Source: Eshraghiella crossota
Lineage (GTDB): Bacteria > Bacillota > Clostridia > Christensenellales > CAG-917
Length of the DNA: 64,000 nt
Direction of reading: 5' to 3'
Assembly: GCA_963590075.1 (NCBI GenBank)
Contig: CAVANK010000003.1
Location: forward strand, 12,100-76,099
Part shown: piece after piece, positions 9,587-16,880 of the stretch
Layout: each line of letters begins with the position of its first letter
Position numbering within the stretch: position 1 is the first letter of the stretch
Notes under the pieces: model-generated
Databases searched by the model: none
What the model saw: only the letters and a program-made list of their open reading frames with translations
What the model was told of the DNA's origin: nothing
Program-made: the position numbers and the translations under genes

Positions 9587-9615
9587 ATTATAACTTATCG
9601 ATTGAGTTTTGACAA
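9587..9615 (-). promoter_or_regulatory. Putative sigma-A promoter for the tRNA-Ser transcript
   Basis: On the - strand: TTGTCA (9615-9610), a 17-nt spacer, then TATAAT (9592-9587). It lies about 100 nt upstream of the mature tRNA 5' end. Confidence 0.45.
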
Positions 9616-9728
9616 GCGGATATGACATTTTGTTTGTAATTATTTTGGTAAATTCAATTGTAATTGATATTTTTCGCTATTTGTGTTACAGTTTAAGCGT
9701 AAAATCGTAGCGCAAAAGGAAAATTAGT

Positions 9729-11342
9729 ATGATCGACATAGACGCAAAAGTGGCAAAATATAAAAAACTTGCACTCAAAAAGCCGAAGTATTACGTTGCT
9801 ATCGGTGATTTGTACTTAGACGAGGCTGATTTCAAAAACGCTATCGTCTATTACAAAAAAGCCGTTGACAACGGCGTTTTGGCATATACTGTTCTTGGCG
9901 ACACTTGGGGCTATCGCAGCCAATACAAAAAAGCGTTCGACGCTTATACGGAGGGCGCAAACAAAGGCGAAGCGGAGTGTTTTGCCCGTCTCGGATTTTG
10001 CTATGAAAACGGATACGTAAAAATCGATATTCAAAAAGCGATCGAATGTTACGCCAAAGCCTCCGATTTGGGTGTGGCGGCAGCGGCAAGATCTCTCGGT
10101 GAATTGTATTATTTCAATACTCCGATTGAAGATTCCGAGATCGAAAACGTTAAAAATGCGTTGAAATATTACGAGCGTGCTTTTTACCTCGGAGATATAG
10201 AGGTTGCAAAAAAAATAGGCTTCATATACTTAAACAACGAGGGGCTGAAAGACGTTCCCAAAGCCATAGAGTGGTACGAAAAAGGATTGAGCCTCGGCGA
10301 ATACTCGCTTAATTTCGATTTGGCGTACGTGTACCTCAACGACAGATTTGTTCCGCACGATTATGCAAAGGGGTTGAAATACCTTGCAGACGGCGTGGCG
10401 CACGACGATCCTGAAAGCCTATATTTGCAAGCGCGCATTTATGAAGTGGGTATGTACGGCGTTGAACCCGATGCAAAAGCGTATATCAAATATCTCAAAA
10501 AGGCGGCAAATCTTTGTCAAGACGACGCTTTGCTCGATTTGGGCTACTACTATTACGGCAAGGGCAAATACGACGAAGCACTCGATTGTTTTGCGCAGTG
10601 CGATTTGGATTACGTCGGCGTTTATTGGTGTATGGCGACGATTTACGAAACCAAGAAAGAGGACTATCAAAACGCGCTTTTCTATTATCAAATGGCAATG
10701 GAAATGGATTTTCCGGATGCAATCGAGAGAATGGCGGAAGCGTATCTCGGTGACGAACTCGGACTTGAAAGAGACGAGAAAACGGCACTTAAACTCTTCA
10801 AACGCGCCGCAAAACTCGGAAGTCACGACGCTCAATACAATCTCGGTATGGCTTACGCTTGCGGATATTACGGTTTGACCGCCGACAAGGATAAAGCACT
10901 TTATTGGCTCAGAAAGAGTGCGAACGGTGAAAATCCGATGGCGTGTCTGCAAATCGGTCTTTACGATTTCTACACCGTGCAAACGGACAAGGCGTATAAG
11001 CGTGCTTTTGAACTCTTTACCCAAGCGTACAACCTCGGTGAAGACCAAGCGATAATCAATATCGGGCTTTGCTATTTGCAAGGCAAAGGCGTGGAAGAAG
11101 ATAGAAAAGAAGCCGTAAAATGTTTCAAAGAGGCGGTGAAGACGTCAAATTCCGCCGTTGCGTACTTCAATCTCGGTATATGTTACGAAAACGGTCTCGG
11201 TGTGAGAAAGGACTATAAGAAGGCAATTGAGGCGTACGGCAAGGCGGTTGAAAACGGCGAACGGGCGGGGCTCGCGTCAATCAAAAATATCTATCTCAAA
11301 ATGGAAAAAGAGAACAAGGATAAAATTGAGGTAAATAAATGA
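9729..11342 (+). CDS. Sel1-like (SLR/TPR) repeat protein, cytoplasmic
   Basis: Many units of about 36 aa match the Sel1 pattern (A..WY.KAA..G...A...LG..Y..G.GV..D...A), e.g. AIECYAKASDLGVAAAARSLGELY and AVKCFKEAVKTSNSAVAYFNLGICYENGLGVRKDYKKAIEAY. No signal peptide. Confidence 0.8.
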   Translation: MIDIDAKVAKYKKLALKKPKYYVAIGDLYLDEADFKNAIVYYKKAVDNGVLAYTVLGDTWGYRSQYKKAFDAYTEGANKGEAECFARLGFCYENGYVKIDIQKAIECYAKASDLGVAAAARSLGELYYFNTPIEDSEIENVKNALKYYERAFYLGDIEVAKKIGFIYLNNEGLKDVPKAIEWYEKGLSLGEYSLNFDLAYVYLNDRFVPHDYAKGLKYLADGVAHDDPESLYLQARIYEVGMYGVEPDAKAYIKYLKKAANLCQDDALLDLGYYYYGKGKYDEALDCFAQCDLDYVGVYWCMATIYETKKEDYQNALFYYQMAMEMDFPDAIERMAEAYLGDELGLERDEKTALKLFKRAAKLGSHDAQYNLGMAYACGYYGLTADKDKALYWLRKSANGENPMACLQIGLYDFYTVQTDKAYKRAFELFTQAYNLGEDQAIINIGLCYLQGKGVEEDRKEAVKCFKEAVKTSNSAVAYFNLGICYENGLGVRKDYKKAIEAYGKAVENGERAGLASIKNIYLKMEKENKDKIEVNK

Positions 11343-11872
11343 CGTTATATAAAATGCGTGAAGACGAATTTGAAAAAGTATTCGACTTGATGGTCGAGGC
11401 GTTTCCCGTTGACGAGAGACGCACTTTCGACGAGCAAAGAGAACTGCTTTCCAATCCTATCTTCGATATTTACGTGTTAAAAGACGAGGATGCGGGTGAT
11501 ATAAAGGGATTTATATCTATTTATCGTTTTGATAAATTTACTTACGTAGAGCATTTTGCGGTTAATCCGAAATATCGCAATTTGGGGCTCGGACACGAGG
11601 TTTTAAGCAATCTAACCGCTCTTTTTGGCAAATTGTTGCTTGAAGTGGAAGTGCCCGAAACCGAGCAGGCCAAACGTCGTATCGGCTTTTACGAGCGTAA
11701 CGGCTTTTATCTCAACGATTATCCGTATATCCAACCGCCGATATCCAAAGGCACCAATCCTATTCCGCTTTTGCTTATGACTACGGGCGGGAAATTGTCT
11801 CAAAACGAGTATAACGAGGCAAAATCAACGCTATATAAAGGCGTTTACAAGGTTGCACCGGACGCATATTAA
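11339..11872 (+). CDS. GNAT family N-acetyltransferase
   Basis: The start overlaps the Sel1 gene stop (ATGA). The acetyl-CoA motif region is HFAVNPKYRNLGLGHEVL. Length is 177 aa. Confidence 0.75.
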   Translation: MTLYKMREDEFEKVFDLMVEAFPVDERRTFDEQRELLSNPIFDIYVLKDEDAGDIKGFISIYRFDKFTYVEHFAVNPKYRNLGLGHEVLSNLTALFGKLLLEVEVPETEQAKRRIGFYERNGFYLNDYPYIQPPISKGTNPIPLLLMTTGGKLSQNEYNEAKSTLYKGVYKVAPDAY

Positions 11873-11881
11873 TTGTTGTTA

Positions 11882-11909
11882 TTGACAATTTTTATTGATA
11901 TGGTATAAT
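11882..11909 (+). promoter_or_regulatory. Sigma-A promoter (extended -10)
   Basis: TTGACA (11882-11887), a 16-nt spacer, then TGgTATAAT (11901-11909). Confidence 0.65.
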
Positions 11910-11942
11910 GTTATTATACAAAATGTCGGAGGGTTATGGCTT

Positions 11943-12548
11943 ATGAACAGTTATTCCAAATCAAGACCATATCTTATCTCTGCAAGCGTGCTTGATTTTG
12001 TTTGCACAGCCGCATATTTTATTGTTGCCGTGATATTGATTTTGATGGGCGTAACGCTTCTTGCAACTGCGGGAACAGCTCCGGACAGTTCTACTACCGA
12101 AGAAATCATCGGCACAATGTTTTCTGCGCCGTTTGGCGCAATGGCAGGCGTGCTTTGCATAATTTTCGGCGCTCTTTGCTTTATTGCGGTTGCAGTCGCT
12201 TTGGCTAGTGCTATAACCGGCATTGTCAAAGTCAACAAGCCGGTTGCGGAACTGAAAAAGTCCACAAAAGTCATCAAAGCGTCATACATCCTCAACTTTA
12301 TCGCAACAGGTGCATTCTTTTTCATTGCATTGCTTGCCATTATCGGCTCAATTGACGGAGGTTCTGACGGTAGTAGCGATGGCGGGGTGATAGCAGGCAT
12401 TTCGATTATGTTTATCATTTCGGGCATTAGATGCGCTTGTGGTGTTCTTAAGATCAAGGCTATCAATATTATTTCCGCGGAAGACGATCAATCCTTGCAA
12501 CCGCAAGCGGAAACGTGTATCGGTAGTGAAGAGAATTCCGACAACTGA
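11943..12548 (+). CDS. Hypothetical four-TM membrane protein
   Basis: GGAGGG at 11928-11933 precedes ATG 11943. The annotated upstream start at 11895 lies inside the promoter. There are four long hydrophobic segments, a GGSDGSSDGG linker and an acidic tail. I recognise no family. Confidence 0.6.
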   Translation: MNSYSKSRPYLISASVLDFVCTAAYFIVAVILILMGVTLLATAGTAPDSSTTEEIIGTMFSAPFGAMAGVLCIIFGALCFIAVAVALASAITGIVKVNKPVAELKKSTKVIKASYILNFIATGAFFFIALLAIIGSIDGGSDGSSDGGVIAGISIMFIISGIRCACGVLKIKAINIISAEDDQSLQPQAETCIGSEENSDN

Positions 12549-12569
12549 TAAATAATGCGATAGAAGCGC

Positions 12570-12599
12570 GAAAAACCTCGCTTTTGCGAGGTTTTTTCT
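12570..12599. terminator. Bidirectional rho-independent terminator
   Basis: AACCTCGC (12574-12581) pairs with GCGAGGTT (12586-12593). It is flanked by an A-run and a T-run and sits between convergent genes. Confidence 0.75.
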
Positions 12600-12709
12600 T
12601 ACGTCTATTATATCTATTTATGCAATTAAATTCTATTTGCAAAATAACATTTTATTAAATCATTTATTTTTATCTATATTTATTTCGATGGCATCCGTAT
12701 CTTTTTGCT

Positions 12710-13147
12710 TTATTTCTTCGAGCGGAATTTTGCAAATTTTGGCGGTATTTGTTCGTCGGTGAGGTTTGCGTGCACGGCGCAAGTGCCCGCTTCGTTTGCA
12801 ACGGTGTAATACCATTCTTTGTATTCGAGCATTTCGAGGGTATTATTTAGTGCCGATATCTCGTCCAAAACGGCTTGTTTTTGCCTTTTTATAAGTTCGA
12901 GACGCAAGGGGATAGTCGCGTCGCCTTGCCCGCACCATTCGATAAATTGCTTGATTTCCTTTATCGGCATTTGAGTCTTTTTGAGGCACTCGATAAGTTT
13001 GAGCCATTCGACGTCCTTTTGCGTATATGCGCGGATACCGCCTTCCGTGCGTTCGACGGATGGCAAAAGTCCCTCTTTTTCGTAATAGCGGAGAGTTGAC
13101 GGCGCTATGTTCAATTTGCTTGCGATTTCACCTATCGTATACGACAT
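12710..13147 (-). CDS. MerR family transcriptional regulator
   Basis: The N-terminal wHTH is MSYTIGEIASKLNIAPSTLRYYEKEGLLPSVERTEGGIRAY, followed by a coiled-coil dimerisation helix. The ATG at 13147 was chosen because the longer ORF (to 13279) would run through the divergent promoter. Confidence 0.85.
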   Translation of the reverse strand: MSYTIGEIASKLNIAPSTLRYYEKEGLLPSVERTEGGIRAYTQKDVEWLKLIECLKKTQMPIKEIKQFIEWCGQGDATIPLRLELIKRQKQAVLDEISALNNTLEMLEYKEWYYTVANEAGTCAVHANLTDEQIPPKFAKFRSKK

Positions 13148-13191
13148 ATTAACCTCTTTTGCAAAACTTTTTGAAAAATCAAAATTTTTGC

Positions 13192-13222
13192 TTGACTTAA
13201 AGTTGACTTTAAGTTTTAGTAT
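13192..13222 (+). promoter_or_regulatory. MerR-type promoter with a 19-nt spacer containing an operator palindrome
   Basis: TTGACT (13192-13197), a 19-nt spacer, then TAGTAT (13217-13222). The inverted repeat ACTTAAAG-TTGA-CTTTAAGT (13195-13214) spans the spacer. Confidence 0.7.
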
Positions 13223-13302
13223 GTAAGTACATTGTAACACGATTTTGCAAAATTGCAAGAATAGCGTAGCAATTGTCAAATATTAAAAGTAGGAGAGAGG
13301 AT

Positions 13303-14424
13303 ATGAACGATTTTCCAGAGATTAAGAAAAATTTCGGGTTCGGTTGTATGCGTTTGCCGATGAAAGACGGTGAAGTTGATTATACCGAAACTTGCAAAAT
13401 GTTTGACGAATTCCTTGCGCGCGGATTCAATTACGTCGACACCGCGCACGGATATCTTGACGGCAAGAGCGAAGTTGCCGTGCGTGAGTGCCTCGTAAAG
13501 CGTCACGACCGTAGCGAATATATCCTTACGGACAAGCTTACCGGATCGTTTTTCAACAAAGAAGAGGACGTGCGTCCGTTCTTTGAGAGCCAATTGAAGA
13601 TTTTGGGCGTCGATTATCTCGATTTCTACCTTATGCACGCGCAAAATAAGGCTATCTTCCAAAAATTCAAGAGATGCAGAGCGTACGAGCAAGCGTTTGA
13701 ACTGAAGGCGGAAGGCAAAATCAAGCACGTTGGACTTTCTTTCCACGACAAAGCGGAAGTTCTTGACGAGATGCTCACCGAGTATCCGCAAATCGAAGTG
13801 GTGCAAATTCAGCTCAACTACGTCGATTACGAAGACGTTGCGGTGCAATCGAGAAAGTGCTACGAAGTATGCGTCAAGCACGGCAAACCCGTTATAGTTA
13901 TGGAACCCGTAAAGGGCGGAAACCTCGTCAATCTTCCCGAGGAAGCGGGCAAAGTTCTCGACGATTTGAAGGGCGGTTCGCACGCAAGTTACGCAATTCG
14001 TTTCGCGGCGGGCTTCTACAACGTCGTTATGGTACTTTCGGGGATGAGCAACTTCGAGCAAATGAGCGACAATCTCTCGTATATGAGCGATTTCAAACCG
14101 CTCAACGACGAAGAAAAAGAGGCAATCGGCAAAGTTCGCGACATATTCAAGGCGCAACACCTCATACCTTGCACGGCGTGCAGATACTGTACGGCGGGTT
14201 GTCCGAAACATATATCCGTTCCCGACCTTTTCTCTTGCCTCAACGCAAAGAAAATCTACAAGGATTGGAACTCGGATTTCTACTATCATCAGGTGTATAC
14301 CAAGAACAACGGCAAAGCGTCCGACTGCATAGAATGCGGAAAATGCGAAAAAATTTGTCCGCAACACTTGCCCATACGTTCGCTTCTCAAAGAAGTCGCA
14401 AACGTTTACGACAAGCAAGAATAA
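13303..14424 (+). CDS. Aldo/keto reductase with a C-terminal 4Fe-4S ferredoxin-type domain
   Basis: AGGAGAGAGG RBS before ATG 13303. The AKR N-terminus is FGFGCMRLP...VDTAHGYLDGKSE. C-terminal Cys clusters are CTACRYCTAGCP and CIECGKCEKICP. Confidence 0.8.
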   Translation: MNDFPEIKKNFGFGCMRLPMKDGEVDYTETCKMFDEFLARGFNYVDTAHGYLDGKSEVAVRECLVKRHDRSEYILTDKLTGSFFNKEEDVRPFFESQLKILGVDYLDFYLMHAQNKAIFQKFKRCRAYEQAFELKAEGKIKHVGLSFHDKAEVLDEMLTEYPQIEVVQIQLNYVDYEDVAVQSRKCYEVCVKHGKPVIVMEPVKGGNLVNLPEEAGKVLDDLKGGSHASYAIRFAAGFYNVVMVLSGMSNFEQMSDNLSYMSDFKPLNDEEKEAIGKVRDIFKAQHLIPCTACRYCTAGCPKHISVPDLFSCLNAKKIYKDWNSDFYYHQVYTKNNGKASDCIECGKCEKICPQHLPIRSLLKEVANVYDKQE

Positions 14425-14528
14425 CAGTTTTGCACAAATTGCGTACTTAAAAACGAATATCGCTAAACAGTGTAAACAATGCAAAAAAGACGCACGTTAT
14501 CGTGCAATAAAGAATTAGAGGTAGATTT

Positions 14529-15110
14529 ATGATAGACGGTGTACTTTCAAATAAAAACGTATCAAAAGCTTTCAAAATCACGGTCAAATCGCTCATCGGT
14601 GCGTTCGTAGTGATACTTTCGGTTGCTCTTCCGCAATTCGTGCACTTGATTTGCAGTGCTTCGGGCGGTGTCGAGTGGCTTCCTATGTATTTGCCCGTAC
14701 TTATCGGCGGTTGCTTGCTCGGCGCGCCTTACGGTATGGCAATCGGTCTTCTTTCACCTGTTGCGAGCTTCCTCTTCACGTCGGCGTTTTTGAGCCCTAT
14801 GCCCGCGCTTGCAAGACTTCCGTTTATGATGTGTGAGCTTGCGATTTTCGGTGCGGTCAGCGGACTTTTCTCAAAGAAAATTGCCGAGAACGGACTTTTC
14901 GCTTTCCCCGCCGTTTTGCTTGCTCAGGTGTGCGGAAGAGGCGTATTTATTGCGCTCGTCGCGATACTTCAAAACGTAACCACGCTTTCTCTTAATACGG
15001 TGCTTTCACAAGTGAGAACGGGACTCGTCGGTTTGTTTGCACAAGCGGTGCTCGTGCCCGTAATTGTTATGGCGTTGCGCTCGCTTTTGGTGAAGAGCAA
15101 TGAGCAATAA
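14529..15110 (+). CDS. ECF-transporter S-component-like membrane protein (substrate unknown)
   Basis: A polytopic membrane protein of 193 aa with about 5-6 hydrophobic helices and small-residue-rich packing (LPVLIGGCLLGAPYGMAIGLLSP). Family assignment is tentative. Confidence 0.4.
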   Translation: MIDGVLSNKNVSKAFKITVKSLIGAFVVILSVALPQFVHLICSASGGVEWLPMYLPVLIGGCLLGAPYGMAIGLLSPVASFLFTSAFLSPMPALARLPFMMCELAIFGAVSGLFSKKIAENGLFAFPAVLLAQVCGRGVFIALVAILQNVTTLSLNTVLSQVRTGLVGLFAQAVLVPVIVMALRSLLVKSNEQ

Positions 15111-15564
15111 ATTGAATACGGCAAACCAAGATTTTAGCGTAGCTCAAAATGATTTGGACGTAGCAAAGTCCGTGCTTTCCGGGCACTCAATTGCGCTATG
15201 CAAGGGAAGTTCCGTAATAGTGGACGACAAGCACGGTATTCGCCCTATGCTCGATTATATCGCGCAAAACGTTGATTTGTCGGGATATTCCGTGGCGGAT
15301 ATCGTCGTCGGAAAAGCGGTTGCGACGTTGTTCGTATATAGCAAAATAACGGCAGTATACGCCCGCGTTTTGTCAAAATCTGCGTTCGATTATCTCACCG
15401 AGCACGGTGTCGTCGTTGAATATGATACGCTTGCCTTAAATATCTCCAATCGCTCGGGGGACGGAATTTGCCCTATGGAACTGTGCGTTGAGGATATCGA
15501 CGACGCAAAAGAGGCGTATATCGCACTCAAAAATAAGGTCGAGCAAATGCAAAACCGAAAATAG
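15100..15564 (+). CDS. DUF1893 (TM1506-like) domain protein
   Basis: Overlaps the upstream gene by 11 nt. The sequence SIALCKGSSVIVDDKHGIRPMLDYI...VADIVVGKAVATLFVY...NRSGDGICPMEL matches my memory of the TM1506/DUF1893 family. Confidence 0.65.
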   Translation: MSNKLNTANQDFSVAQNDLDVAKSVLSGHSIALCKGSSVIVDDKHGIRPMLDYIAQNVDLSGYSVADIVVGKAVATLFVYSKITAVYARVLSKSAFDYLTEHGVVVEYDTLALNISNRSGDGICPMELCVEDIDDAKEAYIALKNKVEQMQNRK

Positions 15565-15640
15565 AGGATAGACCACGAGGAACAACGTTATACGAAAAGC
15601 GTAATTAAAGCCATATACCACGATTGATACGCTCGCCGAT

Positions 15641-15802
15641 ATCATACGATTTGCAGTGGAATATTACACCGTTATCAGGTAGTTGAAGCGGAAAATCGTG
15701 CCGTTATCACACGTTCGGAAGTGTAATATTACGATGTTATCATACAGTCGAAGCGGAATATCACGACGTTATTATACAGTCGAAGCGGAATATATAGCGG
15801 TT
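15641..15802. repeat. Five tandem degenerate 32-33-bp direct repeats upstream of the flavodoxin gene
   Basis: Units start at 15641, 15674, 15706, 15739 and 15771. The consensus is about ATCATACAGTCGAAGCGGAATATCACGACGTT. More degenerate copies may extend back to about 15586. Confidence 0.8.
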
Positions 15803-15860
15803 ATATGCTTTGCATATAAAAATTTAATTCGTACATAAAAAACAAAATGAGGTTATATTT

Positions 15861-16334
15861 ATGAAATCTCTTATAGTTTATTATTCGTTTGGCGGTAACA
15901 CGAGAAAAATCGCAGAAAGAATTCAAAGCAAAATCGGCGGAGACGTCGTCGAAATCAAAACCGTAAATCCGTACGTCGGCGACTACAACGAAATCGTAGA
16001 ACAAGGACATAACGAGGTGAGAAGAGGGTATATGCCCCAAATTCAAGACATGAACGTCGATTTGAGCGCGTACGATACGATAATCCTCGGCACGCCCGTT
16101 TGGTGGTACACCTTTGCGCCCGCAGTCAAAACTTTTATAAATGACGCAGATTTGAGCGGAAAGAAAGTGTACGTTTTTGCAACCAACGGCGGTTGGATAG
16201 GGCATACGTTCGAGGACGTCAAGACCGCTTGTCCGTCGTCCGATGTGCAAAAGAGCATAAGCATCCGCTTTCACGGCGCACGCCTTTCCACGAGCGAAAA
16301 AGATATCGACAAGTGGATCGACAACATAAAATAA
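15861..16334 (+). CDS. Flavodoxin family protein
   Basis: TGAGGT RBS. The N-terminus MKSLIVYYSFGGNTRKIAE is a flavodoxin FMN-phosphate loop, and LGTPVWWYTFAP is present. Length is 157 aa. Confidence 0.85.
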   Translation: MKSLIVYYSFGGNTRKIAERIQSKIGGDVVEIKTVNPYVGDYNEIVEQGHNEVRRGYMPQIQDMNVDLSAYDTIILGTPVWWYTFAPAVKTFINDADLSGKKVYVFATNGGWIGHTFEDVKTACPSSDVQKSISIRFHGARLSTSEKDIDKWIDNIK

Positions 16335-16680
16335 CGTAAAAAACGGGGTGAAAATGACATAATTTTTATCAAAAAAACGATGATTTTTGCGCATTTTTTG
16401 CATGTTTTTTTGAGCGATTTTTATGTAAAAATCAGGAATAAACAAATTTCGCAGCACGCGCCTTTTCACGAGTGAAAAAGATATCGACAAGTGGATCGAC
16501 AACATAAAATAACGTAAAAAACGGGGTGAAAATGACATAATTTTTATCAAAAAAACGATGATTTTTGCGCATTTTTTGCATGTTTTTTTGAGCGATTTTT
16601 ATGTAAAAATCAGGAATAAACAAATTTCACGGCGCACGCCCTTCCACGAGCGAAAAAGATATCGACAAGTGAATTGACAG
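16269..16680. repeat. 178-bp tandem direct repeat (2.3 copies) that includes the last 21 codons of the flavodoxin gene
   Basis: TTT-initiated copies start at 16269, 16447 and 16625, an exact 178-bp period. Copies 1 and 2 are essentially identical from GAAAAAGATATCGAC onward, about 145 nt. Confidence 0.9.
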
Positions 16681-16684
16681 TATA

Positions 16685-16792
16685 AATAATCGCAAGAAAC
16701 ACGTTAAAATGACATAATAAAATAATCGCAAAAAACACGTTAAAATGACATAATAAAATAATCGCAAGAAACACGTTAAAATGGCATAATTT
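16685..16792. repeat. 36-bp tandem repeat (3 copies) derived from the segment just 3' of the flavodoxin stop codon
   Basis: AATAATCGCAAGAAACACGTTAAAATGACATAATAA-type units start at 16685, 16721 and 16757. The unit resembles AATAACGTAAAAAACGGGGTGAAAATGACATAAT inside the 178-bp repeat. Confidence 0.85.
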
Positions 16793-16796
16793 TATA

Positions 16797-16826
16797 TCAA
16801 AAAGAACGCCGATTGGCGCTCTTTTT
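16797..16826. terminator. Probable bidirectional terminator
   Basis: GAACGCC-GATT-GGCGCTC is an imperfect stem flanked by an A-run and a T-run. It lies between the flavodoxin repeat region and the convergent YegP-domain gene. Confidence 0.5.
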
Positions 16827-16880
16827 ACGTGTTTTTACAAATAAATTTTCGTGCTGTCGCTATCGAATTCGTTAACTCAA

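Noticed and set aside
9083-9728. An integrated mobile element or prophage att site at tRNA-Ser
   Set aside because: No integrase or recombinase gene is nearby, and no direct repeat of the tRNA 3' half was found in the window. Only the palindrome reported above is present.
13276-14484. Long antisense 'shadow' ORFs, e.g. 13276-14484(-) 402 aa, 27073-28491(-) 472 aa, 35158-36615(-) 485 aa, 47749-49008(-) 419 aa and 1017-1823(-)
   Set aside because: Each lies entirely opposite a gene with unmistakable conserved motifs (AKR, priA, yloV, pheT, prs). Their translations are rich in R, F, V and H, with no recognisable motifs and no RBS.
14425-14528. A possible riboswitch upstream of the S-component-like gene
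   Set aside because: The spacer is only 104 nt and AT-rich. It has no extended helices and no motif of a vitamin riboswitch class that I recognise.
15641-15802. The tandem 32-33-bp repeats as a possible CRISPR array
   Set aside because: The repeats are contiguous with no unique spacers, are degenerate rather than near-identical, and no cas genes or leader are nearby.
15801-16550. A 249-aa minus-strand ORF, and the related 63-aa ORF at 16432-16623
   Set aside because: The ORF runs antisense through the flavodoxin gene and through the 178-bp tandem repeats. The translation is low-complexity (F/I/K-rich) with no RBS. It is an artefact of AT-rich repeat sequence.
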